DNA of 64,000 bases from the IMG/VR virus record IMGVR_UViG_3300029760_000001. The stretch is one strand, 5' to 3'. A program made the translations under genes and the position numbers. Origin of the DNA: a virus. Under the pieces are notes generated by a model. It had not been told where the DNA came from and ran no database searches. It saw nothing but the letters and a program-made list of their open reading frames with translations. Positions within the stretch are counted from its first letter, which is position 1; the number at the start of each line of letters is the position of its first letter. This document shows, piece by piece, positions 9,632 through 19,228 of this stretch.

Positions 9632-10015
9632 ATGTTGATAAGAAAAGAAATTATTCCAATAGATGAGGTATATTCAGCAGTAAAAGATGTATTGTTCGAA
9701 CCAAATAGAAAGAAATCCTTTGTTAATATTCGTGGGGATTTAATTAAAGGAAATAGTCAGCGATTTCAGACGTTTTTTACAAAAGGATTGAAATGCGTCT
9801 CTTGTGGAATAGAAGGCAAATATTTCGCAAAGGAAAAAACAAAGGGAGATAAGAGATATCATTTAAATCTATATGCTATAGATGGTAATGGAAAAGAGGT
9901 ATTAATGACAAAAGATCATATTTTTCCTCATAATAAAGGCGGAAAGAATAATATCTCTAATTATCAAACTATGTGTGTGAAATGCAATGTAGCAAAAGGA
10001 AGTAGGATATTATAG
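9632..10015 (+). CDS. HNH endonuclease (free-standing)
   Basis: HIFPHNKGGKNNISNYQTMCVKCNVAKG is an HNH core with the zinc-ligand cysteine pairs CVSCG and CVKCN. ATG 9632 has an AAAGGTG RBS; the track ORF 9560 start is probably over-extended. Confidence 0.6.
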   Translation: MLIRKEIIPIDEVYSAVKDVLFEPNRKKSFVNIRGDLIKGNSQRFQTFFTKGLKCVSCGIEGKYFAKEKTKGDKRYHLNLYAIDGNGKEVLMTKDHIFPHNKGGKNNISNYQTMCVKCNVAKGSRIL

Positions 10016-10027
10016 GAGGAGACAATT

Positions 10028-10540
10028 ATGAGTTTTGTTGTAAAAGGTAGTTTTGGAGAGATTGAAGTGGATTGTATTATAAATGGATTGATAACACCTA
10101 ATAAGATGATTATGTTTAATGCTATGCTTGTGGATGGCAGGAAGATATTTGTAGGGATTGCCCCAATAAACAAAGGTTATCAAGAAGCATTAGAGCAGAT
10201 TCAAGAAATCAATAAGATACTTGAAGGGGCAAATTGTAAAAAAGAAAAAGCAGCACCAGCCCATAAACCTAAATATAAATGGGGAGACTGGACAGAAGGT
10301 TACACTTATTTTATGGATCCATTTTCTCGTAGAGAAAAACTATTAGTATATAATGTTAGAACTAATGGTAAGAGAGTGCAGGTAGAATTTGACGGTGTAA
10401 AAGCTATGGCTTCTTGTAATATTGAAGCGGGAGATCAATTTAATTATCAGTTTGGTAAAAAATTAGCAGAACGAAGATTGATTGCGAAGTTAACTGAGAA
10501 ACTTGCAAATGATACAAGTAAAATCAACAAAACAAATTAA
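10028..10540 (+). CDS. hypothetical protein
   Basis: 170 aa ORF with a GGAGGAG RBS. Confidence 0.45.
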   Translation: MSFVVKGSFGEIEVDCIINGLITPNKMIMFNAMLVDGRKIFVGIAPINKGYQEALEQIQEINKILEGANCKKEKAAPAHKPKYKWGDWTEGYTYFMDPFSRREKLLVYNVRTNGKRVQVEFDGVKAMASCNIEAGDQFNYQFGKKLAERRLIAKLTEKLANDTSKINKTN

Positions 10541-10554
10541 ATTAACTTTGTATA

Positions 10555-10583
10555 TTGACAAACACAACTCGATATGCTATACT
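10555..10583 (+). promoter_or_regulatory. Sigma-A-type promoter (TTGACA, 17 nt spacer, TATACT) preceded by AAATTAAATTAACTTT box; drives the tRNA cluster
   Basis: Consensus -35, 17 nt spacer and a -10 one base off consensus. A stem-loop (AGCACAG...CTGTGCT, 10600-10636) and the first tRNA follow. Confidence 0.5.
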
Positions 10584-10680
10584 AAATACATAGTCAAGGA
10601 TGACAACAGCACAGTGGAGTGAAAGCTCCCTGTGCTAAATAAAAAGAAGAAAGAAATTTAATTATACAAACAATGAATGT

Positions 10681-10765
10681 AGCGGTATGATGAAATTGGC
10701 TAGACATAATAGACTTTGACTCTATTGAGCAGTAGCTCGTGTGGGTTCGAATCCCACTACCGCCG
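10681..10765 (+). tRNA. Type II (long variable arm) tRNA with anticodon UUG. The body is Leu/Ser-like, discriminator G, and pair 1:72 is an A:C mismatch
   Basis: Hand-folded. Acceptor AGCGGTA/TACCGCC; 3-bp D-stem ATG/CAT; anticodon stem ATAGA/TCTAT with loop CTTTGAC; 15-nt variable arm with GAGC/GCTC hairpin; T-arm GTGGG-TTCGAAT-CCCAC. Confidence 0.55.
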
Positions 10766-10844
10766 TTTGGCAAGTATTTTATAAAAATATACTCCAGCCG
10801 AATTGCAGAGAAATATAATTTAATTATACAAAAAGGAGATAAAA

Positions 10845-11963
10845 ATGAGTAAAATTATTAGTACAGGTTCCACTTTTAGAATCTACGGAGATGATCTTGT
10901 AACACATAATCAACTTCCGGCACAAATTTATTCTATCAGATGTTCAAAGATGACAGGATTTTATTTAGAGAAACATGCTGATATTGAGATCAATGAAGAT
11001 AAAATATACGGTGTGCACATGGAAAAAGTAAATAAAGTATTAAATGCTTTTCCAAATTTCAATAAAAATCTTGGCGTGATCTTATCTGGAGCCAAAGGAA
11101 TTGGCAAATCTTTATTTTCTAAGATTCTTGCTGTAGAAGCTGTAAAAAAAGGATTGCCAGTAATTATTGTTGATACATATATCCCTGGAATTGCTAATTT
11201 TATTGAAGAAATTGAACAGGAAGTATTAGTAATGTTTGATGAGTTTGATAAAACATTTGGTAATATTAAAGCTGCTGATGGTATGGCTAATCCGCAAACA
11301 GAGTTGCTTACATTATTTGATGGATTAGCTCAAGGGAAAAAGTTATATGTTATTACTTGTAATAATCTTAATACTCTGAGTGATTATTTGGTAAATAGAC
11401 CTGGAAGATTTCATTATCATTTTAGATTTGATTATCCGACAGATTCTGAAATCACAGAATATATGAGAGACAAGTTACATAAAGAGTATTATGGAGAAAT
11501 TAGTAAGGTAATTGCATTTTCTAAAAGAGTCAGCTTGAATTATGATTGTTTAAGAGCTATCGCATTTGAGCTTAATACAGGATTACAATTTCAAGAGGCA
11601 ATTAAAGATATGAATATCCTTCATATAAATAATACCGTTTATATAGCTACTTTGTATACTAAAGATGGGAAAAAAGATACAGAAGAAAAAACTCTTGACT
11701 TGTTTGATAAGACTTCTAATCATAGTTTATATTTTACAATAGATGGAAAATGGTTCTATACAAAATTTTCTGGTGTTGATGTAAGATATGATTTTGACAG
11801 ACACATTGATTTTGTTGATGGAAAAGATGTTGAAATTATTCCGGATGAAGACTATGCGGATCTTACAAAAGAAGAAAAGAAAAAATACGAAAATATTAAA
11901 ATTGATCGTATCGTTTTTGCAAGAAAAGAAGAAAAGGGACTTCATTATAATCTTGCTGCATAA
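10845..11963 (+). CDS. AAA-family ATPase
   Basis: Walker A GVILSGAKGIGKS and Walker B VLVMFDEFDK are present. The gene lies inside the tRNA cluster. Confidence 0.6.
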   Translation: MSKIISTGSTFRIYGDDLVTHNQLPAQIYSIRCSKMTGFYLEKHADIEINEDKIYGVHMEKVNKVLNAFPNFNKNLGVILSGAKGIGKSLFSKILAVEAVKKGLPVIIVDTYIPGIANFIEEIEQEVLVMFDEFDKTFGNIKAADGMANPQTELLTLFDGLAQGKKLYVITCNNLNTLSDYLVNRPGRFHYHFRFDYPTDSEITEYMRDKLHKEYYGEISKVIAFSKRVSLNYDCLRAIAFELNTGLQFQEAIKDMNILHINNTVYIATLYTKDGKKDTEEKTLDLFDKTSNHSLYFTIDGKWFYTKFSGVDVRYDFDRHIDFVDGKDVEIIPDEDYADLTKEEKKKYENIKIDRIVFARKEEKGLHYNLAA

Positions 11964-12130
11964 AAATTAAATTAAACATTCCGATAAATAAAAACTTTAA
12001 ATATGCAGAAGTTCGGTTATAAGCATATGTCTTTCATTTTACTTTTTACCTCTTATAACTCGTTTGAAGCAGGTCTTACGAGTATAAATAAACTGTATAA
12101 GGGTAAGCCGGTAGTAACCTTATACAACAA

Positions 12131-12210
12131 GCGGATATGGCGGAATTGGCAGACGTAGAAGGCTCAAACCCTTCGGAGAAATCGTGTGGGTTCGAATCCC
12201 ACTATCCGTA
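12131..12210 (+). tRNA. tRNA-Leu (anticodon CAA)
   Basis: Acceptor GCGGATA/TATCCGT (G1:U72 wobble); anticodon stem GAAGG/CCTTC with loop CTCAAAC; T-arm identical to the 10681 tRNA; 11-nt variable region; discriminator A. Confidence 0.6.
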
Positions 12211-12646
12211 TTCGGACTATTCTTACGGATTTACTTGATGGCCTAAATAGTAATGAGGAGAAATAAGTCCGAGAGGTTAACCTTTATATTATATAGCGTC
12301 TATAGGACATTAAAGAAGATTGAAAAGTTGGTGGAATACTGGAACCCAGTGATGAGGAAGCTGCGAATGTGTTGGTTGTATGGTTTGGACGCATTGAAAG
12401 GAAACATTTATATAGATGTGCTTTGTGCTAATGAGGTTGTGAGTGGGCGTTGGAGGAGGATCTGGTAGCAGATGTGTAATTAGTTACGAAGCGAAAAGTA
12501 ATTGAGTCAGTGAGGTAGAAATAATGTGGGAGGGCTTTTGAGAGTGATGACGATCGTTCGTGTAACTGACACGATTGCATAAGCAAGTTTTTTACAGATA
12601 TTGTTACATTTCTATATTGTGGGTGTAATTATAACGCCCACTACAT

Positions 12647-12720
12647 GGAAACTTAGCTCAGTTGGTTAGAGCAACCGGCTCATAACCGGTCGGTCCTGGG
12701 TTCGAGTCCCAGAGTTTCCA
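12647..12720 (+). tRNA. tRNA-Met (or Ile2-lysidine) anticodon CAT, elongator type
   Basis: Perfect cloverleaf: acceptor GGAAACT/AGTTTCC; D-arm GCTC-AGTTGGTTA-GAGC; anticodon stem ACCGG/CCGGT with loop CTCATAA; T-arm CTGGG-TTCGAGT-CCCAG. Confidence 0.8.
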
Positions 12721-12925
12721 TTTCTCCTGACGAAGGAGTGACTTTTATAGGCTGTAGAGTTCCAATAAGAAACAAGCCGTTTCTAGTTAGGGCGTGAAAC
12801 TGGTGTTTTTTTGAGATGTTTTATAAGTAAAAATATCCAGCTTTAGAGAAAATGTAGTGAATTGAGCTGATCAAAGAACACATAATCCTGTTAGGACTGC
12901 AGCACGACAGGTCATGCATGAAAAG

Positions 12926-12998
12926 TGATAAGTAGCTCAGTTGGGAGAAAGAGCGCACTACAAAAGTGAGGTCGGTGGTTCGAGTCCACTCTTATCAC
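12926..12998 (+). tRNA. tRNA-like gene with aberrant anticodon arm (possibly degenerate or non-canonical)
   Basis: Good acceptor (TGATAAG/CTTATCA) and T-arm (GGTGG-TTCGAGT-CCACT). The D-loop is 12 nt, and the anticodon region CACT-ACAAA-AGTG forms only a 4-bp stem with a 5-nt loop. Confidence 0.35.
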
Positions 12999-13075
12999 AT
13001 TTGTAATGATGACGCGCGGATCGTTACAAAAGAAAATAGTAACTACTGAAATGTATATTTAAGGAGGCAGTAAAC

Positions 13076-13447
13076 ATGACAAAATATGATTTATGTACGG
13101 GTGATATCGTTCTTTCTACAAAGGGAAGCTACGGTATTGTGCTAATCGGAACTAATGGAGATGATCAAATCAAATGGTACAGTAATAATAAAGGACAGGT
13201 TATTAACAGATTTAGATCTTTTTCTATGATTAACGAAGATCTTACATTTAAATATGATTTAGGTAATCGTATTATTAAGGTATGGAGAACGAAAGACAAA
13301 CATTATCTTGGTGATAAAGCAATTACAGAATATAATGCAGCAGAATGTCATGGATTTGAATGCATCTATGAAGAGTTAATTAAGGAAGTAACTATGGCTG
13401 AAGTTGAAGAAAAGTTTGGCTGCAAAGTAAAAATTGTAAAGAAATAA
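13076..13447 (+). CDS. hypothetical protein
   Basis: 123 aa ORF with a AAGGAGG RBS. Confidence 0.5.
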   Translation: MTKYDLCTGDIVLSTKGSYGIVLIGTNGDDQIKWYSNNKGQVINRFRSFSMINEDLTFKYDLGNRIIKVWRTKDKHYLGDKAITEYNAAECHGFECIYEELIKEVTMAEVEEKFGCKVKIVKK

Positions 13448-13582
13448 AATTTAATTATACAGGCACGTATAAATGAGAAATAGGAAATAATATTTGAAGC
13501 ACTATCTTAAAAGATCAGTGCATAGATGTCAGTGTGACAATAAACTGCAAGGTTATTCCACTTCGGAAAGCGAGGTGAAATA

Positions 13583-14503
13583 ATGGAGCAGAAGAAATTT
13601 ATGGATATTCAACGTCTGAAAGAAGGATATGCAGATGGATTTGTACCGGGTGACTTAATTGTTATCCAGGAAAAATTCGACGGATCCAATGCAGCAGCTA
13701 GATATGATGCAGAGACTGGCAAAATGGTAGCTTTTTCCAGAAGACATACGTTGGATCAGAACAATACATTAAATGGTTTTTATAATTATGTGCAGGAGTT
13801 AAATCCTGAAGATTATAAAGACGTTCCGGACTATGTAATATTTGGAGAATGGTCTGGAGCAAGAAATGCGATTATTTATTATCCAGAAAATACTAAGAAA
13901 TGGTACGTATTTGATATTTATGATGTAAGGGAAGAAAAATATCTTCCTCAGTCAGAAGTAAAGGCATTTGCAGAAACGCATGGACTTACATATATCAATA
14001 CATTTTATGTTGGACCGTTTGTCAGTTGGGAACATGTACAAAGTTTTATGGATCATCCGGGATATGGAGAAATTCAAGAAGGTATTGTTATAAAGAACCA
14101 AACAAGATTAAACGATCCGAATAGCAGATTACCATTTGTAGTGAAAATCGTTGGAGATAAATTTCATGAAGTCGCAAAAATGAATCATGTTAAAAAGATT
14201 CAAGATCCACAAAAGTTGCAAGAACGAACAGAAGCACAGGAACTTGTAAAATCTGTCGTGACGCGGCGTAGAGTTGAAAAAGAGTTATATAAAATGCGTG
14301 ATGAAGGAATCATCCCAACAGAGTGGTGTGAACAGGATATGAAAACTGTTGCAAGGAATCTTCCAAACAGAATTTATACAGATTGTGTAAAAGAAGAACC
14401 GGAAGTAGTTCGAGCAGCAGGACAATATTTTGGAAAATTCTGTTCCGTTATTTCGATGAATTACGCACGAGAGATTATTCTCGGTCCGACTGGAGCAAAG
14501 TAA
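13583..14503 (+). CDS. ATP-dependent RNA ligase (Rnl2/RNA_ligase family nucleotidyltransferase)
   Basis: Motif I IQEKFDGSNAA (KxDGxN, RNA-ligase type) and motif III-like FGEWSG. The size and neighbourhood (tRNA cluster) fit a phage tRNA-repair ligase. Confidence 0.55.
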   Translation: MEQKKFMDIQRLKEGYADGFVPGDLIVIQEKFDGSNAAARYDAETGKMVAFSRRHTLDQNNTLNGFYNYVQELNPEDYKDVPDYVIFGEWSGARNAIIYYPENTKKWYVFDIYDVREEKYLPQSEVKAFAETHGLTYINTFYVGPFVSWEHVQSFMDHPGYGEIQEGIVIKNQTRLNDPNSRLPFVVKIVGDKFHEVAKMNHVKKIQDPQKLQERTEAQELVKSVVTRRRVEKELYKMRDEGIIPTEWCEQDMKTVARNLPNRIYTDCVKEEPEVVRAAGQYFGKFCSVISMNYAREIILGPTGAK

Positions 14504-14521
14504 GGCGAAAGGAGGACACGA

Positions 14522-14737
14522 ATGGTGGCAACAGCATTTAGTAGATTATGTACTTCTTGTAAAAAAAGATTTGCATACAAACAAACAGACGCCATCTTTG
14601 ATGAGAATGGATATGGATATTCAACCAAGCTTGTGAGATGCAAACATTGTGGGCGATTAAATGTGATTCGATATTTTGAAGATGACTCGATGAAATTAAA
14701 CAATGATAGAAAATATTATGATTATGACATGGTATAG
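14522..14737 (+). CDS. small zinc-ribbon protein
   Basis: CTSCKK...CKHCGR forms two CxxC pairs. Confidence 0.35.
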   Translation: MVATAFSRLCTSCKKRFAYKQTDAIFDENGYGYSTKLVRCKHCGRLNVIRYFEDDSMKLNNDRKYYDYDMV

Positions 14738-14756
14738 AATAGGAGAATAATAAATA

Positions 14757-15974
14757 ATGGCAAAACAGAAAGAAAAAAAACCGTTAGATAAAAAAGGCTG
14801 GGTTCAGACATTTGAATTGATTGGAAAGGCATGTATTAAAGATTACACATTCAAAATTGATGAACATTCTAAGAAAAGCGACTGGATTTACAATTCTATT
14901 AACCTGAATGTTGACTGCGGTGATAAATACGGAAAAGTTGGCTGCGAATTAATGGGTGGTTATGGAGCTGGCAGAAACAATGTTATTTATGTTCATGGCA
15001 AAGATGAGAATGGCGGAGATGATTTTGATAACAGATATCAGATTGATTTTGATGATCGATTTGACGAGGATATTCTAAAAGATATCGGAGAGCTTTGCTT
15101 TATCAAAATTGGTATTGAGAAGGATACAAAAGGTGAAGTTGTTATCAATAAATTCTTACATGCATATGATGCAATTAAATATCTGTCTGAAGCATTGCAG
15201 GATGGTATGGAGATTAAGGTAAGAGGGCAATTAAAATATACTGTATATGACAAACATATACAAGTAAGAAAAGAAATTAACAGTATTTATCTTCCAAGAG
15301 AGAAGGAATTGAATACTTATGAAGCAGCATTTACTCAGTCGATGCTTCTTGACAAGTATTCAATCGGAAAAGCAGATAAAGATAAATGTGCGTTCCCGAT
15401 AACGGCATACATTCTGGAGAAATTCAAAGAATATAATGGTAACGACTTGACTGAAGGTGGCGCTGTAAAAGGCGGAAAGTTTGTACCTTTAAGAAAAACA
15501 TTTGAATATGCTTATGATCCGGAAGATGAAAAATCTATTGAGCGCGCAGGAAAACTTTTCAAAGTTAAGAAAAACGTGACATTGATTACTTGTCAAGGAG
15601 TATTTGTTGAAGGCGGTGCAGTGATCCAGACAACTGAAGACGATTTACCAGACGATATTAAAGAACTGGTAGAAATGGGAGCTTACAGTTTGGAAGAAGC
15701 ATTAGCACTTTGTACAGAAAATGCTAGTAAAGAACGCAGGATGTTACTTACTAGACCAGTTATTAAGTTAGTTGGAGAAGACGGATCTAAGATTCCACAG
15801 ATTCAGAAATTCGATTCTATGTATTCAGAAGATGATCTTGTATTAGATTATCTGATTGAAGCAGATGATGACGAAGAAGTGGATGAAGTAGAGGAAGATT
15901 CAGAAACTGATACAACGGAGCAGGATGAAGAAATTGATTATGACTCAATGTTAGATTCGTTGCTTGATGATTAA
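14757..15974 (+). CDS. hypothetical protein with strongly acidic C-terminal tail (possible ssDNA-binding/recombination mediator)
   Basis: 405 aa; the last ~45 residues are D/E-rich (DDDEEVDEVEEDSETD...) as in SSB-type tails. It lies directly upstream of the AAA_24 recombination ATPase. Confidence 0.4.
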   Translation: MAKQKEKKPLDKKGWVQTFELIGKACIKDYTFKIDEHSKKSDWIYNSINLNVDCGDKYGKVGCELMGGYGAGRNNVIYVHGKDENGGDDFDNRYQIDFDDRFDEDILKDIGELCFIKIGIEKDTKGEVVINKFLHAYDAIKYLSEALQDGMEIKVRGQLKYTVYDKHIQVRKEINSIYLPREKELNTYEAAFTQSMLLDKYSIGKADKDKCAFPITAYILEKFKEYNGNDLTEGGAVKGGKFVPLRKTFEYAYDPEDEKSIERAGKLFKVKKNVTLITCQGVFVEGGAVIQTTEDDLPDDIKELVEMGAYSLEEALALCTENASKERRMLLTRPVIKLVGEDGSKIPQIQKFDSMYSEDDLVLDYLIEADDDEEVDEVEEDSETDTTEQDEEIDYDSMLDSLLDD

Positions 15975-16020
15975 CTATAAATAATTAAATTATACAAAGT
16001 ACAGAAAGGAAACAAATACT

Positions 16021-17169
16021 ATGGGATACGGAAAAAAGAATACAATTAAAATTGATCCTTTATCATATAATATTGGACTTATTGGGGAAAGTGGTATCGG
16101 AAAAACAACAATTATTAAAGAGATGTGCGAGAAACTTGTAGGTGAAGATGGATATCGTTTTCTTGAGTGTGGTAAAGAAGATGGCGCTGACGGTATTAAT
16201 GGAATCAACTATTTAAATTGTCCGGAATGGTCAATGGATTATGATGAAGAAACAAACAGTATTGGATTTGAAGATTTTGTGGATGATGTCGTTGAGAATA
16301 AATCCACAGAATATCCTGATCTAAAGACAGTTGTTATTGATACATATGATCAGCTTGTAGAAATTGCAAAGCCAGAAGTCATTCGTATGCATAATGCGGA
16401 GAATCCTGAGAAACCGGTAAAATCTATCAAAGCAGCTTTTGGTGGTTATATGGCCGGAGAGGATAAGGCAACAGAAATTGTTCTGAATAAGTTATGGGAA
16501 CTGAAATCGGTTGGTGTTCATTTCATTATTATTGGACACGTTAAGCAGCGTACACAAGATGATGTAACGACGGGACAGACATATACTTCTCTAACAACTA
16601 ATATGTCAATGAGAGATTTTAATGCAATCAAAACAAAATTACATTTTCTTGGTGTTGCTTCTATTGATAGAGAAATCGTGCAGGAAAAGACTGGCAAGAC
16701 TAAAAAGGAAGGTAAAAAAGATGTAGATATTATGAAAGGTGTAATTACAAGCGAAAGCCGTAAAATTACATTCCGTGATGATTCTTATTCTATCGATTCC
16801 AAATCAAGATTTGCTGACATTGTTCCGGAAATTGAATTTAGTTCAGATGCATTAATCAAGGCTCTTACAGATGCTATCAAAGCCGAAGCATCTAAAGGGA
16901 GTAAATCTGTTGATGAATTAAAGAAAGAACAGGATTCAGCTGCAGAAAAAAGAGCTGAAAAGATTGCGGAAGCTGAGGCAGAAGCTAAAATACAGAAAGA
17001 ACTTAGTGAAATCACAGAAAAGATTAAGGCGTTCTGTATTGCTAATAAAGGTAAAACAGCAAAATTAAAACCACTTGTAGCTGCAGCTAAAGAAATGGGT
17101 TATGACAATCCGATGAAAGTAACAAATATTGATGACGCAAAAAAGATTCTTGAACTTACTGTTGCGTAA
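16021..17169 (+). CDS. AAA_24-family (Sak4-like) RecA-fold ATPase
   Basis: N-terminal KIDPLSYNIGLIGESGIGKTT Walker A, VVIDTYDQL Walker B and HFIIIGHVKQ, typical of the phage AAA_24/Sak4 family. Confidence 0.55.
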   Translation: MGYGKKNTIKIDPLSYNIGLIGESGIGKTTIIKEMCEKLVGEDGYRFLECGKEDGADGINGINYLNCPEWSMDYDEETNSIGFEDFVDDVVENKSTEYPDLKTVVIDTYDQLVEIAKPEVIRMHNAENPEKPVKSIKAAFGGYMAGEDKATEIVLNKLWELKSVGVHFIIIGHVKQRTQDDVTTGQTYTSLTTNMSMRDFNAIKTKLHFLGVASIDREIVQEKTGKTKKEGKKDVDIMKGVITSESRKITFRDDSYSIDSKSRFADIVPEIEFSSDALIKALTDAIKAEASKGSKSVDELKKEQDSAAEKRAEKIAEAEAEAKIQKELSEITEKIKAFCIANKGKTAKLKPLVAAAKEMGYDNPMKVTNIDDAKKILELTVA

Positions 17170-17196
17170 ATAAATATTGATCCCAGGGCTTTTGCC

Positions 17197-17691
17197 TTGG
17201 GATTTCTAAGGAGAATAACATTGAGTAAGGAAAATAAAAAGGACACAACTGGTTGGAAAAATGAAGACTTCTTACAAATGTGTAATTGGGTTGAAAGAGA
17301 ATTGATGGGGTATTCTGGGACGCAGCGTTTGCATAAGAACGCATGTCTAAGATTGCAGGGGCTAAGAAAAGGACAAAGTATGGCAAATAATTCTCATGAA
17401 ATGTATGGAGAATATCCTATTGATGTTATTTTTAATACTTTTAAAGCGAATAAATATGTCATTTTAAAAGCAATAAAAGGAAAAACATTTAACAGCGAAG
17501 ATCAGAAAATGGCTTACATTTGTGCTATTGTAAGCAGTCGAATTAATGATATGTACACCAGAATGAAAAATGCAAAGAAAAGCGAAGAGAAGTCTGAAAA
17601 GATTGATATAGGAGCGCAAAATAGTGAAGCCGCTAAATATCAACGTCAGACGGAAGAGGTCATAAATTCTACATTCGAGGGGATTTGGTAA
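17197..17691 (+). CDS. hypothetical protein
   Basis: 164 aa ORF. Confidence 0.4.
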   Translation: MGFLRRITLSKENKKDTTGWKNEDFLQMCNWVERELMGYSGTQRLHKNACLRLQGLRKGQSMANNSHEMYGEYPIDVIFNTFKANKYVILKAIKGKTFNSEDQKMAYICAIVSSRINDMYTRMKNAKKSEEKSEKIDIGAQNSEAAKYQRQTEEVINSTFEGIW

Positions 17692-19215
17692 TTGACATCT
17701 GTCACTACTAAGACGAAGGATCGCAGTAGTGCGAAAACAATGTCTCCTTTTGAAAAGGAATGTATTGAGACTATTAAAAAGGTAAATGAATATAAGTTAA
17801 TTGCAGAAGCAAATGCAGTGTCTTCTATTTACAAGAACCCGGATTTAGTCAGAGACACTTCTTTGAAACTGGAAGATATAACAAATAATGCTTGGAGAGT
17901 ATATTTTTCAATTGCGAACGATATCATCAATGTAGAACAAAAAAATACATTAGATGAAATTACAATCAATATGTATCTATCGAAACATTCAAAATTAAGT
18001 AAGAAATACGATGAATATGGTGGATATGGGAAGATTGAAAGTTCATTTACATACATCGAAGAGGCTAATTTCGATTCTTATGTGAATGAGGTAAAAAAGT
18101 GGAATGCTGTAATGAAATTAGCCCGAATGGGCTTTCCTGTAAAAGAAAAGTTAAGTAAATATGTCGATGCTAAAGCTGAAGATATATATAACGAACTTGA
18201 GGCACTTTTGAATCACACATTTATTAATGTGGAATCTGAAGTTAAAACTTATAATGCCTGCGACGGATTATTTGATTTGATTGATAAATTAAATGCTGGA
18301 AGTCAGGTAGGAATGCCACTTAAACATTGTGATATTTTGAATAGAGAAATTGGCGGCATTAATTTTAATGGAAACATTTATGGTCTAGGTGCCAATTCAG
18401 GTGTTGGAAAATCAACAACAGCAATCAACTACTTAATGCCTTCAGTATTAGAACATAATGAAAAAATGGTCATTATGATTAATGAAGAAGATCAGGACAA
18501 AGTAAAGAAAGAGTTGCTTGTCTGGGTTGCAAATAATTTATATAGTGCTGGACTACATAAATATATTTTGCGCGACGGCCATTTTAGTAAAGATGTTTTA
18601 GATAAGCTTCGTAAAGCAGCAAAATATCTTGAAGAGTTAAAAGAACGCAGAAATATTACAATCGTTCCCTTTGAAAAATATACTGTCAAAGCAGCAATCA
18701 AAGTAATAAAAAAATACTCTAGCATGGGAGTAAGGCTGTTTGTTCTGGATACATTAAAAGAATCATCTGATTCAAGAGACACAGAAACATGGAAATCTAT
18801 GGAACGAGATATGGTTGATCTTTATGATGTTGTGAAACCAGCTGCTAAAAATGTAGCATTATTTGTTACATATCAGTTAGGGAAAGCTTCAGTAAAGATG
18901 AGGTATCTTACAAATAATGAAATTGGACAAGCAAAGAATATATTGGATGTATTTAGTGTGAATTTAATGATGCGTAAACCATTTGAAGATGAGTTTCCTG
19001 GTGGTTCACATGAGATTAAAGCTTATAAGTTGGCGGGGAAAAATAATTCCTCAAAGATTCCATATCATCTGGATCCGGATAAACATTATATGATCACATT
19101 TATTACTAAAAATAGATTTGGTGCTACAGACCAATTTCAGATAATCTCAGAGTATGATCTGAGTACAAATATGCATAAAGATGTTGCAATTTGTAATATA
19201 GCACAAGATTTTTAA
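17692..19215 (+). CDS. DnaB-like replicative helicase (TTG or internal ATG start)
   Basis: C-terminal RecA-like core GLGANSGVGKSTTAINY (Walker A) and FVLDTLKES. The N-terminal domain is consistent with DnaB_N. Confidence 0.5.
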   Translation: MTSVTTKTKDRSSAKTMSPFEKECIETIKKVNEYKLIAEANAVSSIYKNPDLVRDTSLKLEDITNNAWRVYFSIANDIINVEQKNTLDEITINMYLSKHSKLSKKYDEYGGYGKIESSFTYIEEANFDSYVNEVKKWNAVMKLARMGFPVKEKLSKYVDAKAEDIYNELEALLNHTFINVESEVKTYNACDGLFDLIDKLNAGSQVGMPLKHCDILNREIGGINFNGNIYGLGANSGVGKSTTAINYLMPSVLEHNEKMVIMINEEDQDKVKKELLVWVANNLYSAGLHKYILRDGHFSKDVLDKLRKAAKYLEELKERRNITIVPFEKYTVKAAIKVIKKYSSMGVRLFVLDTLKESSDSRDTETWKSMERDMVDLYDVVKPAAKNVALFVTYQLGKASVKMRYLTNNEIGQAKNILDVFSVNLMMRKPFEDEFPGGSHEIKAYKLAGKNNSSKIPYHLDPDKHYMITFITKNRFGATDQFQIISEYDLSTNMHKDVAICNIAQDF

Positions 19216-19228
19216 TCGGAGAATAATT

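Noticed and set aside
12253-12468. 71-aa ORF in the tRNA cluster spacer
   Set aside because: Implausible W/R/C-rich product in a G/T-skewed region flanked by tRNAs; more likely non-coding RNA.
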